Below are positions 9,812 through 19,440 of a stretch of DNA of 64,000 nucleotides, in pieces. The stretch is from Actinomycetes bacterium. GTDB taxonomy: Bacteria; Actinomycetota; Humimicrobiia; Humimicrobiales; Humimicrobiaceae. The number at the start of each line of letters is the position of its first letter. Position 1 is the first letter of the stretch. The notes below the pieces were generated by a model. It did no database searches. It was not told the DNA's origin and saw only the letters and a program-made list of their open reading frames with translations. The stretch lies in assembly GCA_022396035.1 (NCBI GenBank), contig JAIOXO010000003.1, forward strand, positions 22,927 through 86,926. The letters are read 5' to 3'. The position numbers were made by a program, and so were the translations under genes.

Positions 9812-10827
9812 TTGTTATCACCTCTTAATGCCTTTCTCAGGCTTAGAAATATACTGTCCAAAACCAGCTCGCAATTAATGGAGCGGTTCAAATAGTACCG
9901 GTTTTCCTCTATGTTTTCCAGTATGCCCAGAATATCATCCACACTGCCACCCATAAGACTGGAATCCAGAAAAGAATAATTTTTCCCATAATGCAGTGCA
10001 TTGCTGCCGGCACCCAGCATAACTGCCACCATGTCTTCCAGCCAGGCCACTATTATATCAAAAACCTTTTCCATGCCCAACCGGTTAAACCGGGCTGCCT
10101 TTCTTTTTATAAGGTTTTTGTCCGGGCTGTCCTGGTCCTGTTCATCTTTCGCCTGCTGTTTTAGCTTTTGCTTAAGCTCCTGAGCTGAACTGTCCAGCAT
10201 GTCACCTATCTGTTTGCCCAGGCCCAGAATGGTCTTGAGATCCCCCTGTATTATTTTCTTCATACCCGCATGAATAATCTCCTCCAGCTCTTCCACCTGC
10301 ACCTGTTGGCTGTCTTCATCTGTAAATGACCATTCAAACTGCAGGCACCTGGACTGAATGGTTGCCAGCAGCCTTCCCGGCTGCGGCGACAGGAGGATAA
10401 ATACGCAGTCCGGTCCCGGAGGATCCTCCAGGGTTTTTAGAAACTTATTGGAGGCTTCATCATTTAATCTCTCTGCCTCCCTGACTATTACCACCTTCTT
10501 CTGGCCGTCAAAGGGAGTCAGGCTGCAATAATCCTGTATCTGCTTTATCTTGTCCACGGTAAGTATGTTGCCGTCAGCTTCCACTACCAGCAGATTGGAA
10601 TGAATGCCCTTTAAGGTATTTCTGCAAACCTGGCAGTGGCCGCAACCACCCTTGCTGCAGTTAATGCTGGCAGCAAAAGCCAGAGCCAGGGGGTAAAGAT
10701 TGCTGCCGGCCCCCCAGAAAAGGAAGGCGTGGGGCAGTTTGCCCCCTATCATCGAATCCAGCAGCCTTAAGTTAAGCTGGTTTCTGGCCGAACTGTCCAA
10801 ATAATTTAAATTATCCAACAATTTCAT
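9808..10827 (-). CDS. holB: DNA polymerase III delta-prime subunit
   Basis: 339 aa. AAA+ clamp-loader N-terminus (HAFLFWGAGS) followed by a CxxC zinc module (CGHCQVCRN). Confidence 0.8.
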   Translation of the reverse strand: MKLLDNLNYLDSSARNQLNLRLLDSMIGGKLPHAFLFWGAGSNLYPLALAFAASINCSKGGCGHCQVCRNTLKGIHSNLLVVEADGNILTVDKIKQIQDYCSLTPFDGQKKVVIVREAERLNDEASNKFLKTLEDPPGPDCVFILLSPQPGRLLATIQSRCLQFEWSFTDEDSQQVQVEELEEIIHAGMKKIIQGDLKTILGLGKQIGDMLDSSAQELKQKLKQQAKDEQDQDSPDKNLIKRKAARFNRLGMEKVFDIIVAWLEDMVAVMLGAGSNALHYGKNYSFLDSSLMGGSVDDILGILENIEENRYYLNRSINCELVLDSIFLSLRKALRGDNK

Positions 10828-11446
10828 CTAACTTTTCCCTGACCAGTTCGAAAACCTCATCTACGCTCCTGGTTCCGTCTATGACTGTAAAACGGTTCCT
10901 GAACTGGACCGCCATCTCCAGATAACCCTCATGTACCTGCTGCTTGAAATCATCTTTCTGTGACTCCAGGCGGTCCTGCCTAGACCCTCTTTCCTTTTTC
11001 CTTGCCTCCGAATGGGACATATCCACGGTCAGCAGAAAAGTCAGGTCAGGCACCAGGCCTCCGGTAGCCCACAGGCTCAGCTCCAGTATCTCGTCCGCGC
11101 CCAGTCCCCTGGCAAATCCCTGATAGGCCACCGATGAATCAAAAAACCGGTCACACAGCACTATTTTTTTCTCACTTAAAGCCGGCTTTATAACCTGGGA
11201 TACCAGCTGGGCCCTGGAAGCTAAAAATAAGCATATCTCGGTCTTATCACACATACCGTCATTATCCCGGTCCAGAAGAATCTTGCGGATTTTATCCCCT
11301 ATAGGAGTGCCTCCGGGCTCAAAAGTAGATACCACCTCAAAACCCCTGGACTGAAGGTATTTTTCGGCCATGTTTATCTGGGTGCTCTTGCCGGAGCCGT
11401 CCAGGCCCTCAAATGTTATAAACCAACCCTTGTCTTTATCTTTCAT
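10811..11446 (-). CDS. tmk: Thymidylate kinase
   Basis: 211 aa. P-loop FITFEGLDGSGKSTQ. Confidence 0.9.
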   Translation of the reverse strand: MKDKDKGWFITFEGLDGSGKSTQINMAEKYLQSRGFEVVSTFEPGGTPIGDKIRKILLDRDNDGMCDKTEICLFLASRAQLVSQVIKPALSEKKIVLCDRFFDSSVAYQGFARGLGADEILELSLWATGGLVPDLTFLLTVDMSHSEARKKERGSRQDRLESQKDDFKQQVHEGYLEMAVQFRNRFTVIDGTRSVDEVFELVREKLDEIVG

Positions 11447-11492
11447 GATGAAAACATTTTAACACGGATAAGAGCTTAAATCACAGAACACC

Positions 11493-14400
11493 CTATTTTT
11501 TAGCCTTGTTTTCAGAGTAAAGCCTGGCCTGGTACATAAAGGCTTCCAGCCTGGTTTCGGTAGTGCCCTGTTCCAGGCCGTCAAATGAAAGGTTAAGCCA
11601 GGGTACCTTGTATTTTTCCCTTATCCTTTTGGAAGTAGCAGTAACTATGGTTCCAGGCATGCAGGTAAAAGGCATCACATTTATGATGCCGTCATAACCC
11701 TGTTCAATCCAGTTTACCGATTTACCCACGCTCAAGGCCGCTTCCCCGAACCATTTAATAATATAGGGCTCGGCAGCGTCCCAGGTATGGTAAATATCAT
11801 GATCATCGGTACCCCTTACAAAGCCCTCCACCGGCCGGGCCAGTTTTTTAAGGTAAGAGGCTATTATCCGGTTATTTGCCCGGTTAAGCATATAAAATCG
11901 TATGGTCTTAACATAATCGCCCACCAGCGAAGATAAGCCTCCATTGGTCCTGCCTACATTGGCGTTAAGGCCCAGCGACCCCAGAATCTTGTACTTAAGG
12001 TCAGCCTGCTTGACCGAATTGTCCAGCCTGCTGGTGGCAGTGGTATGGCTGGGCCATTCAGAAATAGTGGGTATATCCACCTCTCCTCCCAGCTGTTCCA
12101 CCTTATCTATAATTTCATTATTGCTGTAGGGATGGTTTCTTACATAGATCTCTCCCACTATCCCGATTAAGGGCTTATGCACTTTATCCACCTCTACCGC
12201 TTCATACTCTTTTCTAGCTTCATATAATACATCTACCAATTTATTAAACAGCGCTTTATGCTCTTCCTGTTCCAGCAGCATTATAATCTGCTGCAGGTAA
12301 CGGTCATATATGGCCGATGCCTGGCCGGCATTCTTTTCATATGGCCTTATCTTTCTGGCCATCTTGTCCAGGTTATCCATGGTAAATATCCCCTGCATGG
12401 CCCGGCCCAGAAGCCTTAACCCCCGCACATTATCCATATCGTATTCCTCATAGAACCGGGAGCTTTCCGGGGCCCCGGGAGATACTATGGGCACTCCCTT
12501 ATAACCCTGCTCTGAAATTATTATCCTCTGCAGCTGGTTGTACTGGCCGAATCTGCAGGGCCCGTAGGTTAAGGGCATAAGGAACGCGCATTTATCCGGA
12601 TCATTGTATTTTAAAGTTTTAAGTATATCCCCGGTAGTGATGATAAAGGGGTAGCACTCCTTGCCCAGGGTATGCCTTCTGCCCAGCTCCAGGGTTTCAT
12701 CATCAGATATCATTACCTCTGCCTTTATACCCGAGCTTTTAAAAGCTGCTTTTATGGCAAAGGAACCATCGCTCATATAGGGAACATATATGGTACGGGC
12801 TTCATTCTGCTTAAACACCACCGGAGCCTGCTCCTGCTCCTGCTTTCTGACATGGTGAAGTTTGCGGTAATTCTTTAAAGAATCAATAAAGGCCTCGCAC
12901 CTGGTAACCACTCCCGCCCCTCCGGTATGCTCATCTATCTCGATTTTCAAGAAGGGCTTATCCATTTCCCTTTCAAAATACTGCAGTATGAAAGAGTCGG
13001 GTCCACAGCCAAAATTAGTCAAATAAGCGGGGTAAAGCCTTTCATCTTCCTTTATAAGCTTGGCCGCACTCATTATCCGGTCCCCGAACTCCCAGTAAAG
13101 GTTGGGCCACTGCCCGGACAGGTCCACGGTTTCCAGCGGCAAAAAGTCCAGAGGTATGACCTTTATTCCGCAATCCCTGAGCTTGTTGGGTATATCCATG
13201 GAAATGGAGCGGTCACAGCTGTTATAGGATCTGGCAGTTACCACAATAGCCGGCTCATCTTCAGCCAGCTCATCCAGCACCTCGCTGCCCTTCTGCCTTA
13301 ATTTTTTATAAAAATCGTTCTGGGCCTGATAAGCTATATCCACAGCCCTGCTTATAGTTGCTCTGCCTGCGCCCAGTTTTGATCCCAGCTGCTTAAGCTG
13401 CCTGGACTTGGCATAACCTTCAAAACTGAAATTAATTATGGGGTCTAAAATCTCCGCCTGGTCCAGATCGATAGCTGCCTTGGCCACACAGGGTATGCCC
13501 TGTACAAAAGGACAGGGGTAGCTGCCGGTCCGGTCTCCCTTTATGGCATGCTCTTTGGCCGGCATATCCCTTATGGTAGGCAAAAACAGGTAATCAACCC
13601 CCTTATCCATAAGATTATGCACATGGCCCAGCATTGCTTTCATGGGAAAACAGGTCTCCGCTATAACCGATGACAGGCCTTCTGAAATGATCTGTTTATT
13701 GGTTTTATCAGAAAGTACCACCTGTAGACCGAGGCTATCAAAGAAAGCACTCCAGAAGGGATAGAATTCATATGTCAGCATGGTAAAGGGTATGCCCACC
13801 TTCTTTGCCCCTTTATGTTCTTTGGGCTCATAGGTGCTTAATAGTATATCTTCCCGGTCCTGGAAATAATCGGGCAGGCCGCTTTTGGCCTGGTTGGGCT
13901 GCTCGTACTTTTCACACCTGCCGCCATAGTAAAGGGGTTTTTCTCCTTCAATGGATACCACCTTTATATCGCAATGGTTGGCGCAGCCCTTGCACTCAAA
14001 AGATTTCTGTTTGTAGCTTACCTCAGAAATCCGGTCAAATCCCCTGAAGTTGGTGCTGGCCGGAGCATTTTCCATGGCGGCTATAGCCGTACCTATGGCT
14101 CCGGTTACCTCATGATGGGGAGGCACTATTATCTTGGTGCCCAGGTATTTCTCAAAAGCCGCTACCACTGCATGGTTAAAAGCTACCGCTCCCTGGAAAA
14201 ATATCCTGTTTCCTATTTTTTTCCTGGCCACTACCCGGTTTATGTAATTCATTACTATAGAATAAGCCAGCCCGGCCAGGATATTATCCACCCTGGCCCC
14301 TTTCTGGTAATGGGAATAGACATTGGTTTCCATAAACACGGTACATCTTTCACCCAGATCCAGGGGGTTTTTTGCCTTAAGGGCCAAGGGAGCAAACTCC

Positions 14401-15758
14401 TCTATGGCCATATCAAATCGCTCCGACTGTTCTTCCAGAAAAGAACCGGTGCCGGCAGCGCAGACCTTGTTCATTTCAAAATCTACCACCACTCCGTTTT
14501 CCAGAGATATGTACTTGGAATCCTGTCCCCCGATCTCAAAAATGGTATCCACGCTGCTGTCAATAGCTGCTGCAGCCGTGGCCTGGGCAGTGATTTCATT
14601 TATTACTATATCCGAGCCCACAAAATCACCGATAAGGTATCTTCCCGATCCGGTGGTTCCGGCTCCCTTTACCCTGATTTTATCTCCAATTTTATCCCCT
14701 ATAATGGAAATACCTTTTCTAACCGCCTCAATGGGCCTTCCCGCAGTTCTCAGGTAGCACTTGGCTATAAGGTTTTTATTGCTGTCTATAGCCACCACAT
14801 TAGTGCTGATAGACCCTACATCTATGCCTATATAGGCATCAACCTTATCCTCCCCGAACTCATACTCCTGTTCCGAATAGGAAGGAAGCTCTGATTCTTC
14901 CAGAGACAGGGGCTCAAAAGTGTCCCTTTCATATTTTAACCCGGCAATATACTGTTCCAATGCCTGCAGGGTCTCTTCTCCTACTTTCTTTCTGGCAGAA
15001 GCTGCTGAAAGGGCCGAACCTATGGCTCCCATGGATTCATTATGCCGGGGTACGGTAATTGGTAAATCCAGTACATCGCCAAAGGCTTTAACCATGGCCT
15101 GGTTATTGGAAACTCCCCCGCAGAAAATCACCGGGGGCTTGAATTTTTTGCCCTTGACTATACCTGATCTGAAACTTCTGGCCATGGCATAGCAGAGGCC
15201 CAGCATAATATCCTCATCCCTGGCCGCTTCCTGCTGCAGGTGTATCATATCCGACTTGGCAAATACGCTGCACCTTCCGGCTATGGTCTCCGGGCTCTCG
15301 GACTGCAATGCCACCCGGGCAAATTCTTCAATACCTAAGCCAAATCTTGAGGCCTGCTGGTCCAGAAAAGACCCGGTGCCAGCCGCACACAACTCATTCA
15401 TGGCATAATCCCCGATAGCCAGATCAATATATTTGGAATCCTGTCCACCTATGTCAACAACTGTAGAAGCCTCAGGCATAAACTGCCTGCAGGCATTCAT
15501 CAATGCTTCAATCTCGTTTATAAACTGTGCCTTTAGTGCCAGGCTTACCCCTTTGCCTCCCGAACCGGTAAAGGCCAAACCCGAGATATCCTGGTCTGCA
15601 TATTTTTCCAGCAGCAGGGATAGATCTTTTTGTATAATTTGTAAGGGTTCGCCGTGATGGCGGGTATATTCCAGGACATCAACCACTTCCAAATTGTTAT
15701 CTACAACAGCGCGGTTTACGCTTACTGAACCAATGTCATAACCGATATATAATTCCAT
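11493..15758 (-). CDS. Large fusion protein: two tandem BadF/BadG/BcrA/BcrD-type ATPase (CoA-enzyme activase, HgdC-like) modules plus a C-terminal 2-hydroxyacyl-CoA dehydratase component-like (HgdB/DUF2229-like) region
   Basis: 1421 aa. Two repeats of the GYDIGS...GGQDSK...CAAGTGSF activase signature occupy residues 1-260 and 300-570. A Cys cluster follows (CKGCANHC...GGRC). The remainder resembles dehydratase D-components. Confidence 0.7.
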   Translation of the reverse strand: MELYIGYDIGSVSVNRAVVDNNLEVVDVLEYTRHHGEPLQIIQKDLSLLLEKYADQDISGLAFTGSGGKGVSLALKAQFINEIEALMNACRQFMPEASTVVDIGGQDSKYIDLAIGDYAMNELCAAGTGSFLDQQASRFGLGIEEFARVALQSESPETIAGRCSVFAKSDMIHLQQEAARDEDIMLGLCYAMARSFRSGIVKGKKFKPPVIFCGGVSNNQAMVKAFGDVLDLPITVPRHNESMGAIGSALSAASARKKVGEETLQALEQYIAGLKYERDTFEPLSLEESELPSYSEQEYEFGEDKVDAYIGIDVGSISTNVVAIDSNKNLIAKCYLRTAGRPIEAVRKGISIIGDKIGDKIRVKGAGTTGSGRYLIGDFVGSDIVINEITAQATAAAAIDSSVDTIFEIGGQDSKYISLENGVVVDFEMNKVCAAGTGSFLEEQSERFDMAIEEFAPLALKAKNPLDLGERCTVFMETNVYSHYQKGARVDNILAGLAYSIVMNYINRVVARKKIGNRIFFQGAVAFNHAVVAAFEKYLGTKIIVPPHHEVTGAIGTAIAAMENAPASTNFRGFDRISEVSYKQKSFECKGCANHCDIKVVSIEGEKPLYYGGRCEKYEQPNQAKSGLPDYFQDREDILLSTYEPKEHKGAKKVGIPFTMLTYEFYPFWSAFFDSLGLQVVLSDKTNKQIISEGLSSVIAETCFPMKAMLGHVHNLMDKGVDYLFLPTIRDMPAKEHAIKGDRTGSYPCPFVQGIPCVAKAAIDLDQAEILDPIINFSFEGYAKSRQLKQLGSKLGAGRATISRAVDIAYQAQNDFYKKLRQKGSEVLDELAEDEPAIVVTARSYNSCDRSISMDIPNKLRDCGIKVIPLDFLPLETVDLSGQWPNLYWEFGDRIMSAAKLIKEDERLYPAYLTNFGCGPDSFILQYFEREMDKPFLKIEIDEHTGGAGVVTRCEAFIDSLKNYRKLHHVRKQEQEQAPVVFKQNEARTIYVPYMSDGSFAIKAAFKSSGIKAEVMISDDETLELGRRHTLGKECYPFIITTGDILKTLKYNDPDKCAFLMPLTYGPCRFGQYNQLQRIIISEQGYKGVPIVSPGAPESSRFYEEYDMDNVRGLRLLGRAMQGIFTMDNLDKMARKIRPYEKNAGQASAIYDRYLQQIIMLLEQEEHKALFNKLVDVLYEARKEYEAVEVDKVHKPLIGIVGEIYVRNHPYSNNEIIDKVEQLGGEVDIPTISEWPSHTTATSRLDNSVKQADLKYKILGSLGLNANVGRTNGGLSSLVGDYVKTIRFYMLNRANNRIIASYLKKLARPVEGFVRGTDDHDIYHTWDAAEPYIIKWFGEAALSVGKSVNWIEQGYDGIINVMPFTCMPGTIVTATSKRIREKYKVPWLNLSFDGLEQGTTETRLEAFMYQARLYSENKAKK

Positions 15759-16377
15759 GTCTGCCTTTTTTATATGTTTATTACAGATTTTGATTATGTA
15801 ATGCTAACAACATTAAAAATAAACGTCAATGAATTGAAATTGTTGGCTTTAGAAAAGATAATCAGGAAAGAACAGGCCTGTATAAGGGGAGCAAAACAGA
15901 ACCTGTTTTTGGTCAGAAACCAATATCACAATACAGCTTCAGAAGCCAAACCTGCAGCCAGTGCTTCCAAGCCAAAACTGTTTTAACCTGCTCTTTACCC
16001 CTCTTCCTTTAACCACCATGTTTACAACTTCTCTGGTTCTTTATACATAAAAAAGATAGTTCTCTCTATAATGTAGATAGGCCTTCTATCAAGCTGTCCA
16101 TATAAGTTGAAAACGGCTTATGCCCTTCTTCGGTAATTAAAAATGCATTCCCTATTCTCAATACCTTTAGAATATCAACCCCATGTGCAAACCATACCCC
16201 ACCCCATTTTCTCCCCTTATATGCCATTTTATGGCTTCATATTTCGCCTCCTTCCAAACAACATCAAATAGTTTCCAAAAATTTACCAATTTCCCTCTTC
16301 CACCTTCACAGATTTCTGTTATTATATTAAACACAGAAACGCAACCCGTATTTACATAAATAGGACCAGAAACCACT

Positions 16378-16614
16378 ATGCCATTAATGCCAGAAATAGA
16401 AGCCGTTAAGAATAATACCGACTCCACGATCCTGGTATACTTCAATAACGGAATCATAAAAATTTTTGACTTAAAGCCATTACTGGATAACACACAGCAC
16501 CCCACTCTTACAGAAATAAAACTCAATCCCGAAGGAACAGTCCTAAATGGCAACACAGCTATAAGCGACTACGACCTCTGGGCCAAAAGCAAATTCTACG
16601 GATGGAGTAAATAA
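16378..16614 (+). CDS. DUF2442-family small protein
   Basis: 78 aa. Pattern IEAVK...LVYFNNG..KIFDLKPLL...L.....F..V.......L.W matches DUF2442. Its stop abuts the ATG of the next gene. Confidence 0.5.
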   Translation: MPLMPEIEAVKNNTDSTILVYFNNGIIKIFDLKPLLDNTQHPTLTEIKLNPEGTVLNGNTAISDYDLWAKSKFYGWSK

Positions 16615-17493
16615 ATGTCTGAGTTTAGGAAATACTTTGGAAAATCACAAGATCCTATACTGGTTATAGACAGCCAAAAACATACAGCACAGCTTAACAC
16701 CGCCATGTACAATTTACTGGATGCCGGCCATTTGTATAGTTCCAAAGAAAAATTGACTATAGAAAATGTTAAATCTCTTCTAAATAAAGCCATAATTGAC
16801 AAAGAGAAAGCATCAAAGTTGGTCAGCGCTTTAGAAGATGTATCAATGGAAAGCTTTAGGATAGATGCTGCTTTTAAAAACAAAGGGCAAGATTTGACTT
16901 TTAGTATATCAGTTTCCCCACTTACAGAAGCCAAGGAAGAGGCAGTTGGTAAAATTTTTATCTTTAAGGAATTAACAGAATACATCAAGTTGCTGAACGC
17001 ATTTAAAGAGCAATCCATAAGGGACTTTCTAACCGGTGCCTACAACCAAAGATTTTTCTATAACTGTCTGCATAGGGAAATTAAACGGTTTGACAGGTAT
17101 AAAAATCCTTTCTGTTTACTGATGGCAGACATAGATAGTCTTAAAAAGGTAAATGATACCTACGGCCACTTAAAAGGAGATGTGCTGCTAAAGGATGTAG
17201 CTTCTATATTAATGGCCAACATCAGGGAGGGAATAGATTTTGTGGCAAGGTATGGAGGAGATGAATTTGTTGTAATATTGATAAATACCGACATAGGCCC
17301 AGCCAAAGAAATAGCAGAAAGGATAACTAAAAACTACAATGACCTAAAAGTTCAAGGTACCTCGCTTTCGGTAGGGATATGCCAATACCAGAAAGGCTTG
17401 GAAGCCGATGGTGTAATAAAAAAAGCGGATATGGCAATGTATGAAGCAAAGCAGGGCGGTAGAGGCCTGATTAAATCATGCTCCATACCTTAA
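16615..17493 (+). CDS. Diguanylate cyclase (GGDEF domain) with an N-terminal PAS-like sensory region
   Basis: 292 aa. Active-site RYGGDEF. Shows the DxLTG...N motif pattern of GGDEF domains. Confidence 0.85.
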   Translation: MSEFRKYFGKSQDPILVIDSQKHTAQLNTAMYNLLDAGHLYSSKEKLTIENVKSLLNKAIIDKEKASKLVSALEDVSMESFRIDAAFKNKGQDLTFSISVSPLTEAKEEAVGKIFIFKELTEYIKLLNAFKEQSIRDFLTGAYNQRFFYNCLHREIKRFDRYKNPFCLLMADIDSLKKVNDTYGHLKGDVLLKDVASILMANIREGIDFVARYGGDEFVVILINTDIGPAKEIAERITKNYNDLKVQGTSLSVGICQYQKGLEADGVIKKADMAMYEAKQGGRGLIKSCSIP

Positions 17494-17760
17494 AAATCAC
17501 GTCTCGCCCACAAAGCTTAAGCAATTTCAGACATATTTAAATGTATGCTCCGACATCTCCACCACCACAATCTACATAACCCTCACCAATATAGAAGTCG
17601 AAACCATTATGTAATCTCATGCCAACATTTTATGGCAGTTTTTAACAGATTGATTTTAAAAAAAATGAAGTTATACTATTTTTAAACCGGGCAAAAGATG
17701 ATTTAAGGCTGTAGATATAAAGTAAAATATATTATTAGGAATTTTTTAGGAAATTAAAGT

Positions 17761-18540
17761 ATGATTAAATTAATAGCCATAGATGCCGATGGCACCTTGC
17801 TTGACTCCAGCTCCAAAATAAGTAAAGCCAACCAGGCAGCCATAAATAAATGCATACAAACAGGGCTGAAGGTAGTACTGATAACCGGAAAGAACCTGAA
17901 ATCAGCCAGGCGGATTATAGATACCTTTTCTCCGCCCAACCCCCATGTAGTATCCAATGGCACCCTCATAGTAGACCAAGGTCTCCAGCATCTTGACTAC
18001 CGGCTGATTGACCCCGGCTCCTTTAAGGCCATTGTAAAATTTGCCAGAAAAACCGGCCAGCTGCTGCTTACCAGCACCCTGGACGGAGACCTTCTGTACG
18101 AAAAAACCCTCCATGGTATAGAACATAAGCACTATATGAGGAAGGTTGAAGACCTGCTGGCCCAAGAGGTAACCAGCCAGGTACTTCTGGCCACCATTTT
18201 AAGAAGGCAGGACTGCGAACCTATCAAATACCATCATATCGCCCCCGATAAAAAGGGTATAAAGATAAGGGATGCAGGATTTAACTATGTAAACATATTC
18301 AACCGCCAGGCAGGAAAAACCTTTGCCCTTAAAAAAGTGCTGGGCTACCTAAATCTGGACAGCAGCCAGGTAATGGCCATTGGAGACGGCCAGAATGACC
18401 TGGGAATTATAACTATGGCCGGAATTGGGGTAGCCATGGGCAATGCCTGCAGCCAGCTAAAGAAGGCAGCAGATTTTGTAACCGAGGACCTGGACCATGA
18501 CGGAGTAAGCAAGGCCCTGAGCAGGGTCCTGGGCATATAA
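17761..18540 (+). CDS. Cof-type HAD-IIB family hydrolase (sugar phosphatase-like)
   Basis: 259 aa. N-terminal IAIDADGTLL (DxDGT) and C-terminal GDGQNDL motifs. Confidence 0.8.
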   Translation: MIKLIAIDADGTLLDSSSKISKANQAAINKCIQTGLKVVLITGKNLKSARRIIDTFSPPNPHVVSNGTLIVDQGLQHLDYRLIDPGSFKAIVKFARKTGQLLLTSTLDGDLLYEKTLHGIEHKHYMRKVEDLLAQEVTSQVLLATILRRQDCEPIKYHHIAPDKKGIKIRDAGFNYVNIFNRQAGKTFALKKVLGYLNLDSSQVMAIGDGQNDLGIITMAGIGVAMGNACSQLKKAADFVTEDLDHDGVSKALSRVLGI

Positions 18541-18609
18541 CTGTCAGCCAGGGCATAAAAAGGTTTTTTCCTATTCTATACAAATTTAATATGATAGAAT
18601 TATACCCAA

Positions 18610-19440
18610 ATGAAAAGAACCCTGGCATATAAAATTACACTGATATTCCTACTAACGGTAATTATTATATTCGCCACTGCCTGTAACCAGACTCTGATAG
18701 ACATTTACACCGAATTAAATACTGATTACAGCGGAACCAGAGTGGTGGATTTGGCAGTTAAGACCGAATACCTGCAGAAGGGTGATGTGGTGCTGTCCGG
18801 GGAACAGAGCCTGTACCAGAAGCTTACCGCCACCCTTCCTGAAGGGGAAATAGACACTTATGAACAGCAGGATTATACCCACTTTAGATCTACTGCCACT
18901 TTCAAGGACATAAACTTTTTACAGCACATATCCATAGATAATTTTTCCCAGGAACCGACCCCCCGGTTTTACGCCAAAATGAGCACCGATGACTACTTTT
19001 TTTACAGCGATTATTTCTTCTTTGACTATGTGGATATGGAAGTGGACCAGAGCCTGATTGAAGCTTCCGGCCAGAACTCCGATTACCGCCGCCTGGAGGA
19101 CCTGATTCAGGCAGATTCTGATCTGCTGAGCATAACCTACCAGATTAAGTTTCCGGTAAAAATTATAGAATCCAATGCCGATGTCATTGGTGATAACAAT
19201 ATAGCCATATGGAACATAAAGTACGGGCAAAAAAGGGATATAAGGATAGAAGGGAAGAAAACTAAATTTTTATCCTATTTCCTTATTATCGCCCTGGGCC
19301 TGATCGGGCTGTTCATAATATTCATAATATTTGCCCTGGTTTTTAGTTCCAGAAGAGGCCGCCGGCAAAAAGACAGCCGCAAACCCCTTTACTCCTATGA
19401 CAATTACTTTAAAAAAGAAAAGCATCTAGATGACTATTGA
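18610..19440 (+). CDS. Hypothetical lipoprotein with a C-terminal transmembrane anchor
   Basis: 276 aa. Signal peptide plus lipobox (IIIFATAC). C-terminal hydrophobic helix followed by a basic tail (SSRRGRRQKD). Confidence 0.5.
   Translation: MKRTLAYKITLIFLLTVIIIFATACNQTLIDIYTELNTDYSGTRVVDLAVKTEYLQKGDVVLSGEQSLYQKLTATLPEGEIDTYEQQDYTHFRSTATFKDINFLQHISIDNFSQEPTPRFYAKMSTDDYFFYSDYFFFDYVDMEVDQSLIEASGQNSDYRRLEDLIQADSDLLSITYQIKFPVKIIESNADVIGDNNIAIWNIKYGQKRDIRIEGKKTKFLSYFLIIALGLIGLFIIFIIFALVFSSRRGRRQKDSRKPLYSYDNYFKKEKHLDDY

Noticed and set aside
13974-14894. 306-aa plus-strand ORF, and several others of 60-190 aa, lying entirely inside the 1421-aa minus-strand gene and other long genes
   Set aside because: These are antisense shadow ORFs typical of moderate-GC coding DNA. 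Their products are Gly/Arg/Pro-rich and without motifs. The sense-strand genes have clear homology.
16100-16380. Possible decayed DUF4160 partner gene upstream of DUF2442
   Set aside because: Only short fragments resemble DUF4160 (MPFYGF..., PPHF), and they occur in different frames and the wrong order. This is insufficient to call a pseudogene, so it is mentioned only as a caveat in the DUF2442 finding.
16167-16556. 129-aa minus-strand ORF overlapping the DUF2442 gene
   Set aside because: It is antisense to a better-supported ORF. Its product is low-complexity and Cys/Gly-rich, with no recognisable domain, and there is no SD, so it is judged spurious.
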